This document shows positions 9,149 through 17,390 of a stretch of 47,578 bases of DNA, piece by piece. The position numbers and the translations under genes were made by a program. Numbering within the stretch: the stretch's first letter is position 1; every line of letters begins with the position of its first letter. Where the stretch lies: contig JBHLNZ010000021.1 of the NCBI GenBank assembly GCA_048941015.1, positions 1 through 47,578 of the forward strand, read 5' to 3'. Below the pieces are notes generated by a model. It was not told the DNA's origin and searched no databases. It saw only the letters and a list, made by a program, of their open reading frames with translations. This DNA comes from Promethearchaeota archaeon (lineage in GTDB: Archaea; Asgardarchaeota; Lokiarchaeia; Sigyniarchaeales; SOKP01).

Positions 9149-10024
9149 ATGGATATATATGATATATTTTTTAGTATATGTTTAGGATTATTTATAGGCG
9201 GAATTATTATGTCGATTATTTCGCTTATTCTTAGTGAAATGTCAACTCATGATCTTCAAGATGCAGATCATATTGATCATTTTGACCATATCGATCACGT
9301 TGATCATATAGACCAGTTCGACCATATTGACCATGTGGATCATATAGACCAGTTCGACCATATAGACCATGTAGATCATATTGACCATGTGGATCATATA
9401 GACCAGTTCGACCATATAGACCATGTAGATCACATTGACCATATGGATCACATAGACCAGTTTGATCATGTAGATCATGTAGACCACATTAACCATGTGG
9501 ATCATTTTGATCATACTGATAATATCGATAATTTGGATAATTCTGACTATTCGGATCATTTAGATCATTATAGTGATACTACTCCTGCACCTTTTATGTT
9601 ATTATTATCGTCATTTTTACTAATTTTTGGGATAACTGGCATTATTTTGTATTATTCAGTTTTTGGTGTAGCTAAATTTATTATTATTTTTGCAACTCCA
9701 ATAATATCTTACGGTAGTACTAAATTAATATCTTATGTATGGAGAAAAATAGCAAAATCCAAATATTACAATATCTCTGCAACATTGAATTTAATTGGGC
9801 GTGATGCGGAGGTTGTTTTAAAGGTAGATGAGATAGGAGGAGTAATAAAGATTCGCTCTGAAACTCCAATGAAGTTCGAAAAATTGCATGCAAAACCCCT
9901 TAAAGAATCAAGTTCTTTTGAGAAGGGAACTAAAGTTTATATTTGTGATATTAAAGATGGTTATTTATTAGTTGATAGTGATCAAAAACTAATTAAACAT
10001 AGGACGATATATCGCAACAGATAA
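9149..10024 (+). CDS. NfeD-like (DUF1449/YqiJ-type) membrane protein with an Asp-His-X repeat loop
   Basis: TM1, repeat loop, TM2-TM3, then OB-fold-like LIGRDAEVVLKV...GVIKI...FEKGTKVYI; directly upstream of an SPFH gene. Confidence 0.8.
   Translation: MDIYDIFFSICLGLFIGGIIMSIISLILSEMSTHDLQDADHIDHFDHIDHVDHIDQFDHIDHVDHIDQFDHIDHVDHIDHVDHIDQFDHIDHVDHIDHMDHIDQFDHVDHVDHINHVDHFDHTDNIDNLDNSDYSDHLDHYSDTTPAPFMLLLSSFLLIFGITGIILYYSVFGVAKFIIIFATPIISYGSTKLISYVWRKIAKSKYYNISATLNLIGRDAEVVLKVDEIGGVIKIRSETPMKFEKLHAKPLKESSSFEKGTKVYICDIKDGYLLVDSDQKLIKHRTIYRNR
9266..9571 (+). repeat. Coding 9-bp tandem repeat of 34 D-H-X-type tripeptides, containing an exact 54-bp tandem duplication (9323-9430)
   Basis: DHI/DHV/DHF/DQF units read directly; 26 His residues in the tract. 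Confidence 0.95.
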
Positions 10025-10130
10025 AAATCAAATTATTTTAAACAATCAGTTAAAAATGAAAGTTCAAAATCTAAAATAAAATGAATAGAGAATAAAAAAA
10101 AAATTAAAAAAAGGAGGTATTGAAAAGCAG

Positions 10131-11306
10131 ATGTTATTTCAACAGGTATATGGCTGGTTGGTAGGCGGAATTATAGCTGGAGTAATCGTATTTTTCTTAT
10201 TTGTAATTTTTTTAGCTACAAGATATCGAAAATTTAAAACGAATCAATTTGTTATCCATTTACGTAATGGTAAGGTAAAAAGTGCTGGACTTGGTGGCAG
10301 TATTTGGTTATTGCCATTAATAGATGAATATATTGTAATTCCTACTACAAGTATTCAAACAATTTTAGAAGCCCACGAGCAAGTAGTTTCGATGGAATAC
10401 CAAAATATTTCAATCGTCGGTATGTTGATTTGGAAAGTAATAGATCCTGAGAAAGCTTTTAGTGCAGTTTCCTGGGTAAATCGAGATGAACATTTCGTTG
10501 AAAAAATACTAAAGAATGCAGCAGAAGCAATTATAAGAACAACATGTGCAAATATGCCACTTGAAAAGATTATTAGAGAACGTCGAGAGATAATTGAACA
10601 TGTAAGTAAAGAATTGCATGAACTTACTGCTGATTGGGGCTTAATAATTGAATCCATAGAAATCCGAGAAGTAAATATATTAGAACCCGATCTGAAAAGG
10701 AATATGGAAGCTACTAAACAGGCAATAGAATTTCGAAAGGCCCGTATAGCTAAAGCTGAAGCAGAAAGGGAATCAAGAATGAGAGAATTAGAAGTTCAAA
10801 ATGAAGTTGGGACACAGGAACAACTAGTACAAAGAGATATTGAAATACGCAGAAAAGAAAAAGAAATTGCGATAGCAGATCAAGAGCGAGAACGTAAAAA
10901 AATTGAGGCAGACGGAGACCGTCAGAAAAAAGTCATTGAAGCAGAAGCCGATGCAGCTTCTATTAAGAAGAAATTAATAGCACAAGCTGAAGGTGAAGCT
11001 GAGACTATAAAACAGCAGATGTTAGCGCAAGCTGAGGGTTTTCAAAAACAAGTAGAAGCGATGTCATCAGCGGATCAGAGATTTTTAGCTGTTCAGTTGA
11101 CTAATATCTTACCCGAAATATTTAAAAATATTAATCCAGAGAAGATGTTTATTATGGGAACCGGCGATGAAGCTTTTAGTGCTTTATCAAGAGCAATACT
11201 CCCATTCTTACAGCTTGTGCCAGAGTATTCCGATAAAATAAAAAGATTTCTAGGAACTAGCGATTTAACTAATATCAAAGAATTAGTAAGTAATATTTCA
11301 AAATAA
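10131..11306 (+). CDS. SPFH/Band-7 flotillin-like protein
   Basis: N-terminal TM, SPFH core (WKVIDPEKA...IRTTCANMPLEKII.ER...WGLIIESIEIREV), AEA-rich coiled coil; GGAGG RBS. Confidence 0.92.
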   Translation: MLFQQVYGWLVGGIIAGVIVFFLFVIFLATRYRKFKTNQFVIHLRNGKVKSAGLGGSIWLLPLIDEYIVIPTTSIQTILEAHEQVVSMEYQNISIVGMLIWKVIDPEKAFSAVSWVNRDEHFVEKILKNAAEAIIRTTCANMPLEKIIRERREIIEHVSKELHELTADWGLIIESIEIREVNILEPDLKRNMEATKQAIEFRKARIAKAEAERESRMRELEVQNEVGTQEQLVQRDIEIRRKEKEIAIADQERERKKIEADGDRQKKVIEAEADAASIKKKLIAQAEGEAETIKQQMLAQAEGFQKQVEAMSSADQRFLAVQLTNILPEIFKNINPEKMFIMGTGDEAFSALSRAILPFLQLVPEYSDKIKRFLGTSDLTNIKELVSNISK

Positions 11307-11312
11307 TCAATA

Positions 11313-11322
11313 TTTTTTTTTT
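11313..11322 (+). terminator. Oligo-T tract, a possible archaeal terminator after the SPFH gene
   Basis: T10 run 7 nt after the stop codon; T runs are common in this AT-rich DNA. Confidence 0.35.
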
Positions 11323-11376
11323 AAATTTATTTATTAAAAAGTTCTTTTTTATTAACAAGAACAAAGAAAAAGGTGA

Positions 11377-12318
11377 ATGAACTTGGTTGAAAAATTTGAA
11401 GAGTTATTAATTAAAGGGAATATGGAATTTCAATGGAAGATAAAGCAAGAAACAGAAGATATGAAATTAATTTCAAAAAAAATTCCAAAATATCCGGTGT
11501 TAATACTAACTTGTATGGACCCTCGAATTGATGTTCATCGCATCTTTCAGTTAAAGCCAGGTGATGTTTTTGTGTTGAGAAATGCAGGAAATGGCTTCAC
11601 AGACGACGTGTTAAGATCTATTTTAATTGCAATTCATGAATATAATGTTAGGAATATCATTATTTTAGGACATATTGATTGTGGAATGACTAAAATAAAT
11701 CTAATTCAATTAGGCCAGAAATTATCAAAACCAGCCTTAGCAAGAATTCTTCGTGATGGTACAAATATTCAAATTGAGTTGCAGAAGTATTTTAAAACTT
11801 TTATCGATGAGATACAGAATATAAAAATTCAGGTTGAAAGAATAAGAAAAGCGCCTGAAATTCCTTCAGGTATATTGGTAACTGGAATGCTATATGATGT
11901 GAATTCACATTGGGTATTTGAATATGAGAAATTTAGTAAATATACTTTGATTGAGAATTTTATGCGAAACTATAAAGAATTTGTAGAAGCAAAGAAGTAT
12001 GATTTTATTGATTATATTGAGTCGATTGAAGGGGAAATTGTTGGAAAGAAAGAACTTCAGAATTATAAAGATAGAATGCCTGAAAGTATAGAAATTGAAA
12101 AGGACCAAATTAAGAATGAATTAATTAATAAAGCATCAGAGACAATTGAAATATCAGAAATATTGCCTGAGGAACAAAAATCCTTTAAAGAATTTGATGA
12201 ATTAGTTGAAATAGTTCAAAAGCAACTTACTTCTATTCCAAAAATCCAAATTCCAAAAATAATTATCCCTAAAGTTAAAGTCTATATACCAGAAATTTAT
12301 AAGAAAAAAGAAGATTAA
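11377..12318 (+). CDS. Beta-class carbonic anhydrase with a long C-terminal extension
   Basis: Zn ligand motifs TCMDPR and GHIDCG, plus VLRNAG; tail IPKIQIPKIIIPKVKVYIPEI. Confidence 0.9.
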   Translation: MNLVEKFEELLIKGNMEFQWKIKQETEDMKLISKKIPKYPVLILTCMDPRIDVHRIFQLKPGDVFVLRNAGNGFTDDVLRSILIAIHEYNVRNIIILGHIDCGMTKINLIQLGQKLSKPALARILRDGTNIQIELQKYFKTFIDEIQNIKIQVERIRKAPEIPSGILVTGMLYDVNSHWVFEYEKFSKYTLIENFMRNYKEFVEAKKYDFIDYIESIEGEIVGKKELQNYKDRMPESIEIEKDQIKNELINKASETIEISEILPEEQKSFKEFDELVEIVQKQLTSIPKIQIPKIIIPKVKVYIPEIYKKKED

Positions 12319-12477
12319 AGAATTAAACCGATATGGTTAAGGTTATCAAGTTATAATACTTTTTCTATAGAAGTAATTTCAGTAGAAAGCAACAAGATTT
12401 CTCGAATTTTAGAATTCTTTAATTAAATATTATAATTATTATTTTATATTTCTAAATTAAAAATTAAATGAAATGCA

Positions 12478-13146
12478 TTGATTCAATATATATTTTTAAC
12501 GCTGTTTTTCTTATTTGGAATTATAGAAATCTATGGTGAAGTTAAAAACATCTTTAAAATTACAATCTCACTTAGATGTGTAATGATGCCTTTACTTATT
12601 CTCTTTTATTTTTTTGCAGTACCATTTAATATCGACTGGTTCATTGTTATCGCTTTACTTTTTGGTCTTGGAGGGGATATTTTTTTAGGACTTAGAAATA
12701 AGGAAAAGTGGTTTATATTTGGGATGGTATCGTTTCTTTTTAATCAGGTATTTTATATTATCTCCTTTTTCTTATCTATAACCGATATTACAGATTTTCC
12801 ACTAGAAGGCTTGTTTCTAATTATACCTGTAATGCTGATATTGTTCATCAATTTACCTAAGTTTATAAATAAGACAGCAGAAATGAAAATTCCTGTATTG
12901 GTATATATGGCGACAATTTTATTGATGCACATAGCAGCTTTATTAAGATTAGCAGATTATTCAGGGCTATCTTTTATTTTAATATATTTAGGGTCATTAT
13001 TTTTTATTTTATCTGATTCTTTTGTCGCAATGGAAACATTCGGTGAGAAGTTTCCAAGAATTGAGGTTGTAAGTATGTCAACATACTTCTTAGCACAATT
13101 TTATATAACACTGGGTGCAGTGATGACAAGTTTGTTGATACTTTAA
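12478..13146 (+). CDS. Lysoplasmalogenase / YhhN (TMEM86) family membrane protein
   Basis: ALLFGLGGDIFL, FIFGMVSFL, PVLVY, GSLFFILSDS, MSTYFLAQ. Confidence 0.88.
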   Translation: MIQYIFLTLFFLFGIIEIYGEVKNIFKITISLRCVMMPLLILFYFFAVPFNIDWFIVIALLFGLGGDIFLGLRNKEKWFIFGMVSFLFNQVFYIISFFLSITDITDFPLEGLFLIIPVMLILFINLPKFINKTAEMKIPVLVYMATILLMHIAALLRLADYSGLSFILIYLGSLFFILSDSFVAMETFGEKFPRIEVVSMSTYFLAQFYITLGAVMTSLLIL

Positions 13147-13207
13147 TTTAAATAAAACACATTTTTTTTTAATTTTAAAATAAAATTTTTCAATAACTAA
13201 AAATTTC

Positions 13208-13220
13208 AAAAGTTATAAGT
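13208..13220 (+). promoter_or_regulatory. Candidate BRE/TATA promoter of the tRNA pair
   Basis: AAAAG-TTATAAGT about 35-45 nt upstream of mature tRNA-Thr. Confidence 0.35.
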
Positions 13221-13253
13221 GATTTTTATTAATAATTAAATTAATTAAAACCC

Positions 13254-13326
13254 GCCTCTGTTGCTTAGCAGGTAGAGCGTTGCCTTGGTAAGGCAAAGGT
13301 CGGGGGTTCAAATCCCCCCAGGGGCT
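13254..13326 (+). tRNA. tRNA-Thr(GGT)
   Basis: Acceptor stem GCCTCTG/CAGGGGC, D arm GCTT..GAGC, anticodon arm TTGCC-TTGGTAA-GGCAA, T arm GGGGG-TTCAAAT-CCCCC; CCA not encoded. Confidence 0.97.
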
Positions 13327-13351
13327 AAAAATTAAGTATGTGTAAAATGGA

Positions 13352-13484
13352 GCCGGTGTGGCTTAGTTGGTTATAAAGTCTATTTGAAATTAGACTTAAT
13401 AGGCACCAGACTCATAATCCATCTGAAAAATTGGGTCAGAAAGATGAACTCTGGAGGTCGTGGGCTCATATCCCACCACCGGCA
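13352..13484 (+). tRNA. tRNA-Met(CAT), elongator type, with two introns (about 13376-13402 and 13418-13449)
   Basis: Acceptor stem GCCGGTG/CACCGGC-A; anticodon arm CCAGA-CTCATAA-TCTGG after intron removal; both insertions fold into bulge-helix-bulge/loop motifs. Confidence 0.88.
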
Positions 13485-13594
13485 TTATTCCTTTAAATTT
13501 TTTTTAATATTATTGTAAACTTTTAAATAGGATGCTCACACTAATTGATTTACTTCAAATCCAATTTTTAAAAAAAAAATAGAGGTAATTGATT

Positions 13595-13918
13595 ATGGTA
13601 ATATTAATTTCAACTACTAAATTTCCTCTTTCTAAAGCAAAAGCGGTAGCAGAAAGATATATTGAGGTTTCAAAAAAGTATCCTCCTGATAAGTCCTTAG
13701 AGAAGCATATTCTCCGTATGGCTGCAAGGATTAGAGGAGATGAAGTTGAGTCTATCACTGTTTCAGAAGTGAAGGAGGGTAAATTAGCAGAAGTATTAAA
13801 AAGAGGAATAGAACAACAACTATTATACTCTGATATTGAGGGAATGAAATTTAAAGTAGACACTTACTTCTCAGGGACAGAAGCTTTAGCAATGGTGGGC
13901 CTTAAAATGCCTGAATAA
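13595..13918 (+). CDS. Hypothetical protein (small alpha/beta fold)
   Basis: Clean ORF with GAGGT RBS before the ATG at 13595; no motif recognised. Confidence 0.7.
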   Translation: MVILISTTKFPLSKAKAVAERYIEVSKKYPPDKSLEKHILRMAARIRGDEVESITVSEVKEGKLAEVLKRGIEQQLLYSDIEGMKFKVDTYFSGTEALAMVGLKMPE

Positions 13919-13995
13919 TATTTTAATTTTAATAACTATTTTTTTTCCTATAAATCTAATTTAAGAGAATTAAATTTCTGTTAAGAGCATTTTTA

Positions 13996-14994
13996 TCAAA
14001 AATTGAAGTTACCATTTCTAATCAAGGTTTTTTGTGAACCATCTTTATAAGTAACTTTCATTGTTGGTTTATAAAATAAGAAATCCCTATGAGTACGAGA
14101 TTTATTTTGTCCCCCGTCCATTTCTTCATTATTACCGAAGGCGATATGAGCCGTTTGAAGAGCTTTTTCATCCTCAAGCAAAATCCCACGTATTTTAGCA
14201 CCCGGGTTAAGTCCAATCCCTAGTTCTCCAATTATTTTTGCTTCTTCATCCAAATTAATTAGTTTTTCAACAATTCTAACCAATTCTTTATTATCACTTT
14301 CAAGATCTATAATTTTTCCATTTTTTACTTGAATTTTTAGAGGTTTCTTAATTTTACCTAAATCACCTATAGAACCATCACAAACAATAATACCATCACC
14401 TTTTGATTCAATAGGTCCACACCATATTTCTCCACAAGGTAAATTAGCAAAGTATGGTAATTTAGTAATTTTAGTATCGGTAGAAAAAGCTCGATCTTCT
14501 ATACATAAAACGATGTCAGTTCCTCCTGGTGCTAAAATGTGTACATTTTTAGCATTTTCAAAATTTTTAATTAACCTATGTCCTGTGTCTACCATCATTT
14601 CATAATCAACATCCATAGGGCCATCTATCATCATTGATTTAGTAATCCCTGCTCCATGTCCTAATCGAATTTTATTAGTAGCAAGAACTTTTTTTCCCCA
14701 TTTGAGTCGAAATGGAGTTTCATCACTTAATCCTTTAAAAACATTAATAACAATTGTTTTTCCTAATAGTAACTCATCCATTTCTTTAGGTATTTCTGAT
14801 AAAGGTCGCTTATTTTCGGGTAAGAGATATAACTGTGCTGGACAGCCAAATTCAGTTGCTGCACTATAAAAAGCATCTCCAACATTTTTAGTTGATTGAT
14901 CAGACACAACTAAAACCGCATCTTGTTCATTCAAGTTCAATACATGAATCATAGCATTCAGAGCGGAAGTTATCATTTTTAGGATTTCACTCAT
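13996..14994 (-). CDS. Peptidase M29 (aminopeptidase T/II-like)
   Basis: GGTDI, NLPCGEI, IGELGIGLNP, LLEDEK, HIAFGNN, HRD. Confidence 0.9.
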   Translation of the reverse strand: MSEILKMITSALNAMIHVLNLNEQDAVLVVSDQSTKNVGDAFYSAATEFGCPAQLYLLPENKRPLSEIPKEMDELLLGKTIVINVFKGLSDETPFRLKWGKKVLATNKIRLGHGAGITKSMMIDGPMDVDYEMMVDTGHRLIKNFENAKNVHILAPGGTDIVLCIEDRAFSTDTKITKLPYFANLPCGEIWCGPIESKGDGIIVCDGSIGDLGKIKKPLKIQVKNGKIIDLESDNKELVRIVEKLINLDEEAKIIGELGIGLNPGAKIRGILLEDEKALQTAHIAFGNNEEMDGGQNKSRTHRDFLFYKPTMKVTYKDGSQKTLIRNGNFNF

Positions 14995-15099
14995 TATAAT
15001 GTTATCACTTTAACAATAATAGATTAAATGAAAATATATTTCACTATTGGATGAAATTAGAGATTATACTTAATTCTTTCTAGAACCACGGAATAATCT

Positions 15100-15387
15100 T
15101 TATATACTCATATCTTCTTTTTTACGTTTCCAATGAACTCGATTCATAATTGGTATATTAAGTTTGATAGCTCCCTGCTTTGGACATTCAGCAACACAGC
15201 AACCACAATACCAACATTCTCCAGGATAAAGTACGATAGGAGGTTCGCTTTTTTCGGGATTTGGAATAAAAACATCTACTTGGCATATATCTATGCACTT
15301 ATTACATCCAATACATATATCCGGATTGAATGCTATTGGATTCGTAATTCTTGATTCCAGAATAGCATATATCTTTTTATTATGCAT
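15100..15387 (-). CDS. AprB-like 2x[4Fe-4S] ferredoxin
   Basis: CIGCNKCIDICQVD and YPGECWYCGCCVAECP; probable ATG at 15387 behind GGGTGA, which overlaps the upstream stop. Confidence 0.88.
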   Translation of the reverse strand: MHNKKIYAILESRITNPIAFNPDICIGCNKCIDICQVDVFIPNPEKSEPPIVLYPGECWYCGCCVAECPKQGAIKLNIPIMNRVHWKRKKEDMSI

Positions 15388-15392
15388 CAGTA

Positions 15393-17336
15393 TCACCCTT
15401 TTATATAATACTCGTTATATTTTTCATAATTTTCTTTAAGTGAACCATAATAATCGATTGATTTTTCACCAACCTTTACTTCATTATTCTCAAGTTTTAT
15501 GGTGATAAATTTATGCCATTCAGGTGGTTCATTTTTAGGATAATCTGATCGGGTAAAATATAAATGCTTTGAGCTCGCTTTTCGTGCTAAACAGGAAAAG
15601 ATTATTATTTTTGCATTAGTTATGATATTTAAAACTTCTAAAGAACGAATTAATTCATGTGGATTCTGAGCATATAGTCTTTGCACTTCATTATCTTCCA
15701 TATTTTCTAATAATCTCAATCCAATTTTTAATAATTCATCACTTTTTACTTTACCACAATAATTCTGCATGATTCTTGAAACAGCCATATTAAATTCCTT
15801 CCATCCTAATCCATCGCTTCGATTGACGAGTGAATAAATGCGATCTTTTTCAGTCCTGACCTGTTGAGAATTTATTATCGATTCAGTAGTTTTCATGGCA
15901 TAATCAGTAGCATGTCTCCCAGCATAATAGCCTGTAGCAGCAGCGTGACCATTACAATCTGAAGCGAATAATTGATCACCTGCAGCATAAAGACCTTCAA
16001 GGTTTGTCCTAAGGTTCCAATCATTTATAATTCCCCCTGGGAGCCCAAAAAGTTGGCGTTCTCGAGGGAGAAAAGCAGCGGACGTCCATCCTTCTCCATA
16101 ACTTTGGAGTAAATCTTTATTAGGATCAAATCCAGCATCTGTATAATTCTGAAATATCGGAATCTTTGATTTCCCTTCTTCTCCAACCATTAAATCCCAA
16201 ATTGCTTTCCGTTCAAGTTCGGGCATATTTGGTAAATCTGCATAGAAAGGCAATTTGTATCCTTTCTTTAGAAGTTCTTCGAAAGGAATAATATCAGGTC
16301 CCTGAAATTCATATAAATGAAATTCGGATTCTCCTCCGCCTTTTAGAAAGAATTTTTGTCCTGGTGCAGGGTAATATCTTAAAGAAACAGTATTAAGAAT
16401 ATTACCGTCCCTATCAATCCAAGGTATTTCTTTACCATTTGCATCAACCATAGAGCAAGCATACCAAGTATTATGAGTATTACCGGTTCCATATGGTGGA
16501 TAACTGCGTTCGCCTGACCATTGCCCCCTAATAGATTTCTCCATCATTGTGAACTCAACACCAGCTTTCCAACCCATTGCATGACCATCTCCTGTACATT
16601 GTAGTGGTCGAAATTCTGAAATTCCAGGTAATCCAGGAGAAAAGAGCCAAACTCGAGCCGGACGAGCCATACATAATATTGTTGCTTTGGCTTTAAATAT
16701 AAAAAACTCACCTGTTCTGCCATTTACACCTGTAGCTCCAATAACTTTTGCTCCTTGCTTACCTGCTTCTGTTAATAAACTTGTTGCCATTGTTCTATCA
16801 TATATTTCTACACCCAAACGTTTACATTCCTTATAAAGAGCAGGTTTAAAAGTTGATCCCCATACTCGCAATGTAAATTTATTTTTATAATCATAAGCAA
16901 ATAGAAATTTAGTTTTTTCATCTCTAAACTCAGCTGTTTTAAAAGTATCTTCTATATCCCTGATTTTTCCACCCATTTTCTCCAAATCTAAAAGTCTTTC
17001 ATAACCTTCTCGACATTCAATATAATGTGAAATTCCATTATTATAGCCATTATGATCTTTTATCATTGCTAAAGTTAATTCTTCAGGGGAAATCAGTGAA
17101 CATGGATTAGTAGCGGCTGATTCCCAGTGATCACAGCCTGATCCTCCAGCTCCACTTCTTTTTGTTGCTCCTTTTTCGACTAATAGTACTTTCACTCCTT
17201 TTCTGGCTGCTGCAATTGCAGCCCAACAACCTGCTATACCGCCTCCTAAAACTAATATGTCTGTATTTACCTCACTCTCTTGATAATACTTTATGGGATA
17301 TGGCCATTCAAGTTTTTGAAAAAGATTTTTTTCCAC
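15393..17336 (-). CDS. AprA-like / succinate dehydrogenase-fumarate reductase family flavoprotein
   Basis: DILVLGGGIAG, KRSGAGGSGCDHW, CTGDGHAM, TNLEGLYAAGD, ARKAS...RSDYP. Confidence 0.85.
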   Translation of the reverse strand: MEKNLFQKLEWPYPIKYYQESEVNTDILVLGGGIAGCWAAIAAARKGVKVLLVEKGATKRSGAGGSGCDHWESAATNPCSLISPEELTLAMIKDHNGYNNGISHYIECREGYERLLDLEKMGGKIRDIEDTFKTAEFRDEKTKFLFAYDYKNKFTLRVWGSTFKPALYKECKRLGVEIYDRTMATSLLTEAGKQGAKVIGATGVNGRTGEFFIFKAKATILCMARPARVWLFSPGLPGISEFRPLQCTGDGHAMGWKAGVEFTMMEKSIRGQWSGERSYPPYGTGNTHNTWYACSMVDANGKEIPWIDRDGNILNTVSLRYYPAPGQKFFLKGGGESEFHLYEFQGPDIIPFEELLKKGYKLPFYADLPNMPELERKAIWDLMVGEEGKSKIPIFQNYTDAGFDPNKDLLQSYGEGWTSAAFLPRERQLFGLPGGIINDWNLRTNLEGLYAAGDQLFASDCNGHAAATGYYAGRHATDYAMKTTESIINSQQVRTEKDRIYSLVNRSDGLGWKEFNMAVSRIMQNYCGKVKSDELLKIGLRLLENMEDNEVQRLYAQNPHELIRSLEVLNIITNAKIIIFSCLARKASSKHLYFTRSDYPKNEPPEWHKFITIKLENNEVKVGEKSIDYYGSLKENYEKYNEYYIKG

Positions 17337-17390
17337 TTCTAGTTTCTCCTCATCTTAAATTTTTTTAGATTCTATTAATACCCTTAAATT

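Noticed and set aside
9242-9559. 105-aa minus-strand Met/Ile/Val-rich ORF and the possibility of a CRISPR array
   Set aside because: It is the antisense shadow of the in-frame 9-bp D-H-X coding repeat; there are no unique spacers and no cas genes
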